The notes under the pieces were generated by a model. The model had not been told where the DNA came from, ran no database searches, and saw nothing but the letters and a program-made list of their open reading frames with translations. A DNA stretch of 51,614 nt from Chiloscyllium plagiosum (taxonomy: Eukaryota): the NCBI RefSeq assembly GCF_004010195.1, contig NC_057752.1, positions 5,447,223 through 5,498,836 on the forward strand, read 5' to 3'. Position numbers and translations under genes: made by a program. This document shows positions 10,601-22,870 of the stretch, piece by piece; position 1 is the first letter of the stretch; each line of letters begins with the position of its first letter.

Positions 10601-13457
10601 ACAGTGTCAGCCTCAGAGCATGGTGGGGACAGGACAGCAAAAGGCGCAGCCTCAGGGCGCAGTGGGAATGGGACAGCAGCAGGCCCAGCCTCCAGGCGGG
10701 GTGAGCATGGGACAGCAGCAGGCCCAGCCTCCGGGCGGGGTGAGCATGGGACAGCAGCAGGCCCAGCCTCAGGGCGCGGTGGGAATGGGGCAGCAACAGC
10801 CCCAGCCTCAGGGCACATTGGAAATGGGGCAGCAACAGGCCCAGCCCCCCAGTACAGTGGGGATGGAACAGCAACAGATGCAGTCTCAGGCCGCAGTGGG
10901 AATGGGACGTCAACAGCCCCAGCCTCGTGGCACATTGGGGATGGGACAGCACCAGGCCCAGCCTCTGGGAACACTGGGGATGGAGCAGGTGCAGACCCAG
11001 CTTCAGGGCACGGTGGGGATGGGACAGCAACAGGCCCAGTCTCAGGGCACAGTGGGGATGGAGCAGGTGCAGGCCCAGCCTCTGGGCACTGTGGGGATGG
11101 GACAGCAGCAGGCCCATTATCAGGGTGCAGTGGGGTTGGAGCAGCAACAAGCCCAATCTCAGGTCACACTCGGAATAGGACACCAACAGCAATCGTCCCA
11201 GAATACGGTGGGGCTGGGACAGCCTCCGGGTACGTTGGGGGTGGTGCAGCAGCAGCAGCACTTATCTCAGGATGCACTGGGAATGGGGCAGCAACAGCCT
11301 CAGCTTCAAGGCACAGTGGGGATGGAACTGCAGCAGGTTCCGCCTCAGGGCACAGTGGGGATGGGACAGCAGCAGGCCCAGCCTCAGGGTACAATAGGAA
11401 TGGGACAGCAACAGGTCCAGTCTCAGGGCACGGTGGGAATGGGGCAGCAACAAGCCCAGCCTCCGGGCACGGTGGGGGTGGGACAGCAACAGCAGTCATC
11501 CCAGGGCCTAGTGGGTCAACAACGCCAGCCTCCGGGCATGGCAGGCGTTGTTCAGCAGCAGCCCCAGCCTCAGGGCACAATGGGGATGGGACATTCCCAG
11601 CTTCGGGGCACAGTGGGGATTGGACAGCAATCTCAGCCTGAGGGTCAGATGGGGCAGGTAAAGCAACAGCCTCGAGGTTTGATTGGGATGAGACAAGGAC
11701 AGCAGCAACAACTACTGCAGGGCCTGATGGGGCAGTGGCAATTTCAGCCTCAGGCTGGAATTCGGCAGGGGCAACCACAAAGCCTGATAGGGCAAGGGCA
11801 GTTGCCACAGAGCTTAATAGGTCAAGAACAGGGACAGCAACAGCCATGTCCACAGAGTATTTTGGTGCAGGGTCAGGGACAGCAACAATTGCAGAATCTG
11901 ATAGGACAGAGACAGTCACCAAGTACTATGGGGCAAGGACAGCGCATGCAGAGCTTAGTTACAGTTGGCGGGCAACAATCCCTCCAGGCTTCCGGTATGA
12001 TGGGGCAGGAGAAAGAGCAGGAACAACAACCCACAAGCACAGTGAGGCAAGGGCAACAGCAAGGCAAAATTGTAATGGAACAAGAGCCTTTGCTGCCTTC
12101 CCAGTGCATAATGGGGCAGGACCGTAACCAGCCATCAACTCAGAATATGGTGAGGCAGCAACAGCTATCCAAGAATGCAGCAGGACTTGTGCACACTCAG
12201 GGTATGATCTATCAGAATTTACAAACACGAGCAGTGACATCAGTGCAGCAACCAACGCAGCAAGGTGTTGCAGGGCAGCCGCGGCTTGTGAGTCAGCATG
12301 GTCAATTAATGAGACGTGTGCAACAACAAACTGTAGCAGGTCTACAACAAAACAATGGTCTCAGTTTGCAAGGAGTGGTGCGAGTCACAACATCTCAGCA
12401 GCATGGAACTTTGGGAGATCCAAGACATGGGGTACAAAACATCGTAACTTCACAGTCATTGCAACAGCATGCAGGTCTGCGTTCAGTTCATATAACTGGT
12501 CAGCAGATTGGTTTAGGCCATTTTCGTCCAGGCATGGTCTATGTTCAGCAGGTTAAAGCAGAACATGGCGGGAAGCCACAAGAGATGGCTCACCTACTTC
12601 AAAGCAAGCGCGCAAGGCAGAATGTGGGATCAGGAAGTGAATTAGTGTCTGGCCAGGCTCATTCCAATCATTCGCAAATGTCACGTCCAGAATTAAATCA
12701 AACTAATTTGGGAGATGTACCTCCACAAGGTGAAACTATGGAAACAGTAATACAGCTGCAACCAGAATTGCTTAAAGACAATGAGTCTGAAGAAAGTAGT
12801 GTTTGCGTGACAGACCCAGTAGCAATTATGCCTCAAAAGGTACCTGATTCAAACTCTGCTACGTCAGCAGTAAAACCACATGGGATTATTGGAAAAGCAA
12901 GTTCAGGTACTGAGGTGCAAACCAGTATTAATGTTGAGATCCATGAACAAAGTGACTTGAAGACCGCTTGTGCATTTGACTTCCCAATATCGCCTCAAAG
13001 CCATGCAGCAAAAGAGGAATGTGCTGGACTGAGATCAGAATCATCGCTGTTGAATCAATCCAACGGGCAAGAGGAATATGCACAGAAAGTCACAGGAAAG
13101 CAAGACAATTGTTCTAAATTACAGGAATGTGTTGCTAAGGACACCAACACAGGGGGTAAAGGTCACACAGTGAAACAGGAAAGCATTGATGCAATTCGCT
13201 GTGGATTTCCAGAAGGAACTGTGAAGCGAGAGTCAAATACTGACTGTATCAGTGCTTTGAATGCAGGGGATCATTCTTTTCTTGCTCCAAGGTCTGAGGC
13301 TGGACAGCTGCTGCTTCAGAAATTGTTACGCACTAAGAACTTGCAGCTTGTTGCACAGCGCTCTGGAGATGGAACACACTTGACTGTGAAAAGTCACATT
13401 GAAAGCAAAGCTGTGATGATTGATCGAAAACTACAAGGTGCAACTACAAATTCAGAG
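7683..13457 (+). CDS. KMT2D: KMT2D giant exon (approx. human exon 39), 1925 codons, Q/G/M/P-rich low-complexity (prion-like) region ending in the conserved EAGQLLLQKLLR (LxxLL) motif
   Basis: Uninterrupted ORF 7647-13466. Acceptor tttcAG|GTC begins VRKQQKEHTNLMTEYRNKQQ, continuing the previous exon. Donor GAG|GTTAGT. Confidence 0.95.
9381..11651 (+). repeat. Coding minisatellite: about 55-59 tandem copies of a 39-bp unit (consensus GGGATGGGACAGCAACAGGCCCAGCCTCAGGGCGCGGTG = GMGQQQAQPQGAV)
   Basis: Counted by eye in the translation. Most units are exactly 13 aa, a few are 9-14 aa, and all length changes are in frame. Confidence 0.97.
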
Positions 13458-13811
13458 GTTAGTTAAAAGACATGGTTTTCAGCGTTATCTCAATCTTTGT
13501 GTAGAAAAGGTCAGACTTTACATGAGTTGTATAATAATATCCATAGGCAAACGCTTGCTTTAAGTTTAATTGCTTAATGGAATTATGCTAGTCCAATGCT
13601 GCTTCCCGACTTCTATTTTAAATGTAATTACAAACCCAGAGTTCTTGCTGACTTTAGAACTAATTATACTATTGGGACACAAGAAAAATACTTAAATGCA
13701 GATTAATGTGATATTTTCATATTCTTAAGTATTTCGTACAGTTATTTGAAAAATTTTGTGTTCGTACGTCTTATGGAATTATAAGCAGGAGATGGTAGAA
13801 ACAATTTTTTT

Positions 13812-14163
13812 TTATTCATTCATGGGATGAGGGCATCGTTGGCTAGGACAAGATTTATTGCCCATCCCTAATTGCCCAGTGGGCAGTTAAGAGTCAAGCA
13901 CATTGCTGTGGATCTGGAGTCAAATGTAGGCCAGACCAGGTAAGGATGGCAGTTTCCTTCCCTAAAGGACATGAGTTAATCAGATGGGGTTTTTCCAACA
14001 ACTGACAATGGATTTATGGTCATCATTAGACCCTTAATTCAAGATTTTTTTGTTGAATTCAAATTCCAACATCTGCCATGGCAGGATTCAAACCAGAATC
14101 CCCAGAACATGACTTTGGTCTCTGGATTAACAGTCCAGCAATAATACCACTAGGCCATCGCCT
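13812..14163 (-). mobile_element. tRNA-derived SINE (second family) whose 3' tail matches the LINE at 30600-32316
   Basis: Minus-strand head ggcgatggcctagtggta...ggtttgaatcc (A/B boxes) and tail agggatgggcaataaat...ccatgaatgaataaa. Confidence 0.85.
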
Positions 14164-14861
14164 TCCCAAATGTGGGATGACCGGCTTGGGTGGAAGTTTA
14201 ACATTTCAAACCAGATATTGTAAGAAGTCCACATTTAGTGGAGGACGATTCTTGTAACAATTGGAATCTCTTTTACTTAGAGCAAAAGTGTGCAAGCCTG
14301 TACATAGCAGTCAATAGAGGGGGTCTGAAGTGGTCACAAAGGCATTTGTGGCATTTTATTTAGTATGCTGACCTACTATGCTAATGCTTGGGATGTGGGG
14401 AAACCAGGCAGATGAAAGTGCCTATCTAGTTGAGACTTCAGTGTTCATTACCTGGGAGGAGTGGAATCCATGGGACTTGTGTAAGGAGCTGTAAATGTGG
14501 TATTATTTTTAATTAAAGCCATATGCATTCTACAGGTGATTTTTCTTCTCTCCAAACTTCAATTCAATTTAACTTCTAAATGAGATTATGCCTCCCAGGA
14601 TTCCTGTTGTTTTCTAAGAAATGTTAGCCCAGTAGAATGGTCACATCAATGTTTATAGGCTCTTTGTGGTTTGCCAGGAACAATAAAGCTCCGATTGTGA
14701 CCACATTGTGTTGATCAATGTTCCTCCAGGATGAATAGCAGTCTAAAGTTCCTCATGCACATATATCACATGCGCATAGCCAAGCAAACAAAAATACTAA
14801 AGGGACCATGCTGGTAAATTACATGTGCCAAACCCTTTGAATTTCATTTTTTTTTAACAAG

Positions 14862-15014
14862 ATAAAGGAATTTCAGGAAATTAGCAAGAAAAACTTGGGC
14901 CCAAAAACAAAACGGACACAAAAATCAACTGATAGAGGCACCAACTCTCGAAAGAAGAATAAAAAGGATGAAGGAATAAAAACTACTGATGCCCTAATGA
15001 AGCAGTTACAACAG
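14862..15014 (+). CDS. KMT2D: KMT2D coding exon (approx. human exon 40), IKEFQEISKKNLGPKTKRTQKSTDRGTNSRKKNKKDEGIKTTDALMKQLQQ
   Basis: Poly-T tract then aAG at 14860-14861, with an alternative in-frame tttcAG giving a start at 14877. Donor CAG|GTAC. The basic patch and DALMKQL resemble KMT2C/D. Confidence 0.8.
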
Positions 15015-15682
15015 GTACCAGTGTGCATTTTGTTTTGAATAAATCGCGACAGAAATTAGAAACTCAGAACTGAGATTATATTGTAGAATCGCGTTCAGGA
15101 TATTTTCTGATATTTGCATGAAAGGGGGAACAAGGGCAACAGGTCCTTTCCAAAAAAATGACTTGATTCCTGTGTCAGAGAGCAGGCGACTGCAAATCAC
15201 CTAGAGTGTTAATGAAATGTCATTCTAAATCCAATGATATCAACAGGGAGTGTAAATATTGAAGGCATTAACTTTTGGTTTGGAATAATCGAGTACTGAT
15301 TTTAGCTCAGAATTCCCAGAAATTGAATGCTTTTATGGCAGTTTTGGAGCAGACCTGACTAGAGTCAGAAGTAAATATAGTTTCTCACCTAGAAAAGCAT
15401 AAAAGACAGTTCAGAAAAACCTAATGTCAAGGTTTAGCTTTTGAAACTTCCAGACCCAAGAGTGTTTGGTTAGAAATTGGCAGATCTGTAAAAGACTGAG
15501 AGTCTAAACTTGCACTTTCATTCATGTAAGAAGACTTCCTAGTTCATAGGACAAAACTAGAGAGAAGCAGTTGGATCAAACTTAAAAAAATTGATGTAGA
15601 AGGGTAATTTCTTCAGATTTGGGTCACTGAAATATTATGGTGTTGGGAATAAATGAGCCTTTGAATTTTAAAAAAATGAAAA

Positions 15683-16835
15683 CATTCATGGAATGTGTGC
15701 ATCACTGGCTGGGCCAACATGTGTTGCCCGTGAGAAGATGGTGGTAAGCTGACCTCTTCAACCCCTGCGATCATTTGGTGTAGGTACACCATCTTACTTT
15801 TGGGGAGGGAGCTTCAGGATGACCCAGGAGTATCAATATATTGCAAAGACAGGACGGTGAGTGGCTACTCATGTATCTACTCCCCTTGTCCTTCCAGATG
15901 GTACTGGTCTTTGGAAGGAGCCTTGGTGAATTTCTCCAGTGACTCTGTAGATAATACACACTGTTGCCTCTATGCATCAGTGGTGGAGAGAGTGAATGTT
16001 AACGGATGTGATGTCAATCAAATAGCAACTTTGTCTTGGATGGTATCAAGCCTGTTGAGTGCTGTTGAAGCTGCACACATCCAGGCAAGTGCAGAGTAGT
16101 CTGTCACATTTCTGGCTTATGTCTTGTCGATAGGGTGCAGACATCAGGGAGTCAGGAGGTGAGTTATTCACTGTAGTATTTCTCGTCTTTGATTTATTCT
16201 TGTAGCCACAGTATTCACATGGCTCATATAGTTCGGTTTCTAGTCAATAACAATCCCCAGAATTTTGATAATGCAGTTTTCTTCAATGGTAATTCTATTA
16301 AATGTCAAGGGGTGAAGGTTAAATTGTCTCTTGTTGGAGGTGGTCATTGCCTGGCACTTGTGTGACTTGAATATCATTTGCCACTTGTCAGCCCAAACCT
16401 GGATATTATACTGGTCTTGCTGCATGTGACATGGACTGCTTAAGAATCTGAAGTCTCAAATGGTGCTGACATTGTGCAATCATCAGTGAACATCCCTACT
16501 TCTGACCTTAGAATGGAGGGAAGGTCAATAATGAAGCAGCTGAAAATGGTTATGTCAAGGACACTATCCTGAGGAACTCTGGGTATAAATAACACATCTG
16601 ACCAGGTTAAGTTTTTAAAAATCTACCTGAGGAACTCCTGCAGAGATGTCCTGTGAGCTGAGATGTCTGACATCCAACGATCACAACCATCTTTCGTGCT
16701 GGGTATGGCTCCAAACAGCAGCGTTTTCCCATGATTCTCATTGAAATTGTTGGGGCTCCTTGATGTCACATGTTGTTGAATGTAGCCTCGATGTCAAGAA
16801 CAATCGCTCTCTCCTCACTTCTGGAATTCAATTCT
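15683..16835 (-). mobile_element. Decayed LINE (CR1/L2 superfamily), 3' part, same family as 30600-32316
   Basis: Minus-strand MQQDQYNIQVWADKWQMIFKSHKCQAMT and VLDIEATF; 3' end ...ccatgaatg. Confidence 0.8.
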
Positions 16836-16844
16836 TTTGTTGAT

Positions 16845-17088
16845 AGGTTTAGGGTGAGAGGAGAAAGACTTAAAATGGACCGAAGAGGCAGCTTTTCATG
16901 CAGGGGGAGGTGCGTGTTTGGAACGAGCTGCCAGAGGTAGTGGTGGAGACTAGTACAATTGCAACATTTAAAAGGCATCTGGGTGGATACGTGAAGAGGA
17001 GGGGTTTAGAGGAATATAGGCCAGATGCTGGCAAATGGGACTAGATTAATTTAGGATATCTGGTTAGCATGGACGATTTGGACCGATG
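16845..17088 (+). mobile_element. CR1 LINE 3'-end fragment
   Basis: Close match to 3940-4190 (aggtttagggtgagagg...gagctgccagagg...atggacga). Confidence 0.85.
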
Positions 17089-17279
17089 AGTGTGCTAATT
17101 ATGGATGTGTGCTCATGCCCATTATTAACAGGATTGAGAGTTGCATTAGTCATTTTGTATAGGATCATTAATGCTAGAAAATAAGAGAGATTGATTCCAT
17201 AATACTACAAATTTTATTTGGAACACCGTTGTAATGGATCTTGTGGCTTTTTGACTATATTAAAGGCACTATAAATGTA

Positions 17280-18780
17280 TAATAAAAATAGAGAATGTTG
17301 AAGAAATGTAGGTTGGGCAGCATTAGTGGAGAGAGCAATAGTGTTAACTTTCAAGTTTGATAAAACTTCAGAACTGAAAGGGGCTGGGCAATGGTGCTAT
17401 TTATGGTGTTGACCGAGGGGGAAGGAAAAGGTGAGTGGAGGTAAGGGTACCCAGAGGAGAAAATGAGGGCAGTATTAAGCTGGAAAAAGAGAAATAAAGA
17501 TATAAAATAAGTGGGAAATGAGAAAATGGATCCTCTTTGCTGAGAGCAAAGTCAACAAAGCATAAGCTTTGAGTTAGTAAGTTGTTAAACTCCATTTTGA
17601 ATCCTAGAAGCTGTCTCGTGTCTAAGCTGAAAATGAGGTGGTGGTCCTCCATTTTGTATTGAGTTTCAGTGAAACACTGCAGCAGGCCCGGGGTGGAAAT
17701 GTAAGCTTGAGGGCAAGATGGTCAATTAAAATGGTAAGCAACTGTAATGTTCGGATCTTTCCTACAAACAAATCAGTCACTCAGTCTACATTTGCTCTCA
17801 CCAGTTTAACAGAGAGTGCGTTGAGAGTAGTGAATACAGTGGACTAAATTTAAAGTATTACAAGGAAACCATTGCTTCACCTATAAGGTGTGTTTGGGAT
17901 CTTGAATAGTGAGAGTGTGAAAGGGCAAATGTTCCACCTACAATTGCATGGGAAGGTCCCATGAGGAGATAAAGAAGTGTTCCAAGTGATGAAGGAATAG
18001 ACCGGGGTGTCACGGAGGGAGCAGTCCCTGTGGATTCTGACAGTGGAGAGGGAGGGGATGGTTCATTTGGTGATATCCTGCGAGAGAGGCAGAACTGATG
18101 GATAGTGATGGGGTGCAAAGTGAGGACAAGGGGAACCCAATTGTCTGGGAAGGATGGCAAGGTATGAGGACAGAAATGCACGAAATAGGTTGGACATGGC
18201 TCAGGGTCCTGCCAACCTTGGTTGTGGGTCGGGGAGGCACGTTCCCATATTAGAATTAGAAACCCTACAGTTTGGAAACGGGCCCTTTGTCCCAACAAGT
18301 CCACACCGACCCTCCAAAGAGTAACCTACCCAAACCCATTCCCCTACCCTATATTTACCCCTGATTAATAACCTACACTATGGGCAATTTAGCATGGCCA
18401 GTTCACCTAACCTGAACATGTTTGGACTGTGGGAGGACAATGGAGCACCTGAAGGAAACCCATGCAGACACTGGGAGATTGTGCAAACTCCACACAGACA
18501 GTCAACTGAGGCTAGAATCGAACCTGGTTCCCTGGCGCTGTGAGGCAGCAGTGCTAACCACTGAGCCACCATGCCACTCTATTTGAGGATAAAGGACATG
18601 TCCAAAGCACTCTGATGGAAGGAGTTGTCATTGCAAAAGATGCAAAAGAGACTGGGAAAATGGAATGGAACCCTTGCAGGGAGGAGGTTGTGAAGTAGTG
18701 TAGTGAAGATAACTATGGGTTTGTAATGGATATTGTTGGACAGCGTATCTCCAGGAATGGGGACAGAAAAATTAAGGAAG
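17280..18780 (-). mobile_element. Old Penelope-like retroelement remnant, interrupted by a SINE at 18252-18576
   Basis: Minus-strand remnants WVPLVLTLHP and EDHHLIFSLDTRQLLGFKMEFNN resemble the PLE C-terminus. Degenerate PLE terminus near 17290-17370. Confidence 0.6.
18252..18576 (-). mobile_element. HE1-like V-SINE, near full length
   Basis: Minus strand tggcatggtggctcagtggttagcactgctgcctcacagcgccagggaaccaggttcgattct, then V-domain and tail. Confidence 0.9.
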
Positions 18781-18914
18781 GGAAGAATCAGAGAGGAACA
18801 AGAAATTCAGATGAAAACAGTTCAATGTTTAGAGCTGATAATAATCAGGATGTCAAACACAATCAGTGGAAGGCAAAAAACAGTCTCAATATTTCATCAG
18901 AAAAAAAGTTCTTG

Positions 18915-19790
18915 CAATGTTGTCATTTATATAAATGATTTAGATGAGCATATAGAAGGCATGGTTAGTAAGTTTGTGGGTGACACCAATTGGTATGGTG
19001 GATGGTGAAGAAGGTTAAGATTACAAAGAGATCTTGATCGTTTGGGTCAGTGGAATGGCAAATGGAGTTTAATTTGGATAAATGAGAGGTATTGCATTTG
19101 GTAACAATTGCAAGACTTATACAATTAATGGTGGGGTACTGGATAGTGCGTCACATTTCGACAGTAGCTAAGAAGGCATTTAGCACGCTTGCCTTCATTG
19201 CTCAGACCTTTGAGTATAGGAATTGGGACATCATGTTGAGGGTGTACAGGATATCTTCTGCAATACTGTGTCCAGTTCTTGTCGCCCTGTTATGGGAAGG
19301 GCATTAACAAGCTGGAGAGGGTTTAGAAGGATTTTACCAAGATGTTGCTGGGAATGGAAAGTTCGAGTTACAGGGATAGGCTGGGACTTTTTTCATTTGA
19401 ACGGAAACTGTTGAGGGCTGATTTTGAAGAGCTTTTTAAAATCATTAGAGGTATAAGTAAGGTGAATGGCAAGTATCCTTTCCCTCGGGTGGAGGATTTC
19501 AAGAGTAGGGGGCATATTTTTAAGATGAGAGGAGAAAGATTTTAAAAGGACATGAGCAACTTTTTTTACACAGAGGGTGGTTCATGTGTGGAATGAACTT
19601 CCAAAGGAAGTAGTGGATGCAGGTATAGTTACAATGTTTAAAAGACATTTGGATAAGTACATGAATAGGAAAGGTTTGTAGGGATATGGACCAAGTGGCG
19701 GCAAATGGGGTGAGTTTAGTCTGGGATTATGGTTGGCATGGAGTGGTTGGACCAGAGGGTCTGTTTCTGTGCTGTATGTCTCTATGACCA
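18915..19790 (+). mobile_element. CR1 LINE 3' portion, decayed with deletions
   Basis: IYINDLDE...SKFVGDT, RDRLGLFS and 3' UTR ...ctgtatgtctctatgac. Confidence 0.85.
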
Positions 19791-20031
19791 GATAATGTTG
19801 AAAGAAGGATGAAAATTGAAAGCAAAATTGATTTTTTTTTAAAATTCCAAAATGCATAAATGAATTAACCTATAAATACATTTTTTTTTGTTCTTCAGTG
19901 AGAATGACTTGGATTAAACCTTGCCTCTTAGTCCCCAAAAGGAACATGCTTTATCCTGAGACCTTAGCCTGGAAAATTGTGTATGTATTTCTGTGAAGTG
20001 ACCATTGCTTTATTGTCTTTTTTTGTTTTAG

Positions 20032-20196
20032 CAACTCTCCCTTCTTCCTTTGGTGGAACCTACCATTGAAGTGAACTTTGGTCTCTTTCCTCCATTTGGG
20101 AGCAGTCCATTCAACAGCAAAAATCAGCTGAAAGGGTCATTTGGGAATGCTGTGCTAGACAATGCACCAGATTACTACTCTCAGCTTCTCTACAAG
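20032..20196 (+). CDS. KMT2D: KMT2D coding exon (approx. human exon 41), QLSLLPLVEPTIEVNFGLFPPFGSSPFNSKNQLKGSFGNAVLDNAPDYYSQLLYK
   Basis: Acceptor ttttAG and donor AAG|GTAAAA. Conserved LSLLPLxEP...DYYSQL block. Confidence 0.92.
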
Positions 20197-21129
20197 GTAA
20201 AATGTAACTAAAGTATGAAGCATGTGTCTGGGTTCTGCATGGTCTTGCCTTTCGGTTATGTCATGTTATTATAAGGGATTAACAATGAGATTTATACACA
20301 GAAAATCATGTTCTTATTTATTCAGATTTAAAATGTTAGATTTTAACTGGATTGTCTCGAAGGAAAGCCAGTGAATTCACAAACAAATGTCTTGTGAGAT
20401 TTGTTAAAATATTTGGTTCTGATCACTTTCCAGGAAGTAACTTTAAGATCTTGCTATTAAACTTTGGGTGTCTGTGATGCTTCAGAGAGCGATGAGCTAG
20501 AAATCTTCATTGGATGTTGAGAAAGGGGAAGAGCCATTTACTTAATACAATATTATATAGGATTACAAAGGTTAAAAGCACAGAAACCTACCATTCAGCC
20601 CAACCAGTCCTTTGTTGTTTATGCTCCATTTGAGCCCCCCCCTTTTTTCCTCTTACTCAATAATCATAACCATGTAGTCTTTTTCTATCTTCTGCTGATC
20701 TAGTTTCCCTTTAAATGTAACTATACCATTCTTTTCAACCATGCCCTGTGGAGCAGATTCCATACTATTGTTACTCTTGGGGTAAATAAGTTTCTTTTAA
20801 TTTCCCAAATTAGTTTTTTTGGGGGCTTTCTTGTGTAATGACCTCTAGTTCTGTTATTTCCCACAAGTGTAAACATTCTTTCTGCCTAGTATGGTACATT
20901 TTGCTGTTTTCCAAAATTAAGAAAAACAATCATATATGTGAGTATCTGACAAAACCAGTAAATCAAAAGAATGAGCATAATTCTCTCTTTAATCCCTTTG
21001 TATGCTACTAATTTATTAATATCTGGACAAACGAAAATGCAAGTTGGTGAGTATTTGGAAGAAATGCAGTTTTTTCAGATCAGGTGGTCTCAACGTAATC
21101 ATTTTGTTGTTCTGTACATTCTTGTATTA

Positions 21130-21453
21130 TAGAATCCCTACAGTGTGGAAACAGGCCTTTCGGCCCAACAAGTCCACACTGACCCTCCGAAGAGAACCCA
21201 CCCAGACCCATTCCCCTACCCTATTATTTACATTTACCCCTGATTAATGCGCCTAACCCCCTACACATCCCTGAACACTATGGGCAATGTAGCATGGCCA
21301 ATCCACCTCACCTGCACATCTTTGGGCTGTTGGAGGAAACCGGAGCAGACACTGGGAGAATGTGCAAACTCCACACAGCCGCCCGAGGCTGTAATCAATC
21401 CCAGATCCCTGGTGCAGTGAGGCAGCAGTGCTAACCACTGAGCCACCATGCCA
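21130..21453 (-). mobile_element. HE1-like V-SINE
   Basis: Same head, V-domain and tail as 18252-18576. Confidence 0.9.
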
Positions 21454-21602
21454 AAGAGAATTGTGAAAGACAATTTTGCAGAGATTTGCTGCTTTATATG
21501 TCAATTAAAAAAATTACACTTGCAAACGAGTTAATTACTTTATGTAGGTTTTTTCCCTTAATACTCAATTCAATGGATTAATTTTCTACCATTCTTTAGC
21601 AG

Positions 21603-21741
21603 AACAATCTGAGTAATCCACCGACCCCGCCTTCCTCATTGCCTCCTACCCCTCCTCCCTCTGTCCAGCAGAAACTTGTGAATGGATTGGCCACTTCTGA
21701 GGAGCTGACAGAAGGGCAGAAAGAACTCGAAGGTCAAAAAG
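21603..21741 (+). CDS. KMT2D: KMT2D coding exon (approx. human exon 42), NNLSNPPTPPSSLPPTPPPSVQQKLVNGLATSEELTEGQKELEGQK
   Basis: TAG|CAG| tandem acceptor (start 21600 or 21603) and donor G|GTATAA. Conserved NNLSNPPTPPSSLPPTPPP. Confidence 0.9.
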
Positions 21742-22870
21742 GTATAAGAATTTGTTGGAGTTTTAATTGTTTGATACAATATATATGACTTGATACAATC
21801 TGGAATTCTTGGATTTAGGTCAATGCCTAACCTGATTGAAACTTGTAAGTGTGTATCCTGAATGCATACAATTATTGGAAAGGAACACAATTAGTTTTAA
21901 AACATTTGAATCCCAGTTATGAACAATTATCAATTACTTGCCCTTTTACAAGTGATGATGCTACAGTTCAGTAGAATTCTGCTTAGACTGCAGCTGAAAA
22001 AAATAGTTCCATTCAGAGTACTGCATCTCAGTCAGCATATGTTGGATTTGGAGAGGGTGCAGAACAGATCCATCCGAATAGTACCAGGGCTCAAAGTGTA
22101 AAATTCATGAGAAGAGGTTTCATAGGTTCAGCTTGTATTATCTTTAGCAGAGAAGATTACAAAGTAATCAAATTGAGATGCTGAAAATGGTCAAAGCAGT
22201 TGATAGAATTGTTGGACATTTACCATTTAATCTGGTGGAGTTATACAAAGCGCATCCTCTTTCTGTGATGAGCCTAGCTCTAATTTGGATATCAGGAAAC
22301 AGTTTTGCACATGAAAGGTGGTAGAAGTAGAGAGCTCCATGGAAAAAAAGGATGCTGAGGCTCGGTCAATGGAAAATTTCAAGACAGATAAAGTTTTGTT
22401 AGTTGAGAGTATTAATGAGTATGGAACCAAGGTAGGTAACTCAAGATGCAAATCAGCCATGATCTAATATTATAAAAAGTCTTGATACGCTGAATGGCCC
22501 ATACCCATTCTCCCCTTTAAGATGTGCTATACTGCCACTGATCCAAAATTATCAGTCTTTTGTTACAGTGAAATACCAGCAGGTATAACCTCTAGGAGAT
22601 GTGATAGCAGAATTCTGGGATTAAAAAGCCCGAGAATTGTACTCATTCTTGAAAAAATATATAACTTGCAGGTTATTTTGTTTAAAATATTGTAAATCTA
22701 GTTTTGAAGAAGTAGTTAAAGCTCTTCCCTTTAATGAAATGCAAGTCCCCATATTTGAGAAAGGATGAAGGGTTTGACTTACGAAGAATGGCTAAACAAT
22801 TTATGTCTTTAGTTATTGGAGCTTAGAAGTATTAGCAGAGATCTTATTAAAACATATAAGATTCTGAAGG

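Noticed and set aside
9381..11651. Regular ~39-bp periodicity resembling a CRISPR array
   Set aside because: There are no unique spacers and no cas genes. It is an in-frame coding minisatellite in a vertebrate exon.
9402..11922. Long antisense and alternative-frame ORFs over the repeat (e.g. 9765-11261 minus, 498 aa; 9451-10545 minus; 9916-10704 plus; 10604-11641 plus)
   Set aside because: They are a by-product of a 39-bp GC-rich unit that lacks stops in other frames. They end wherever variants create stops, whereas the KMT2D frame never does.
7647..13466. 1939-aa ORF as a stand-alone gene (glutenin- or silk-like protein)
   Set aside because: It is bounded by splice sites and by conserved KMT2D peptides continuous with the neighbouring exons. 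The first 12 and last 2 codons are intronic.
18500..18576. tRNA-like sequences (also about 4530, 14080-14163, 21380-21453, 44220-44297)
   Set aside because: These are SINE heads followed by SINE bodies and LINE-derived tails, not tRNA genes.
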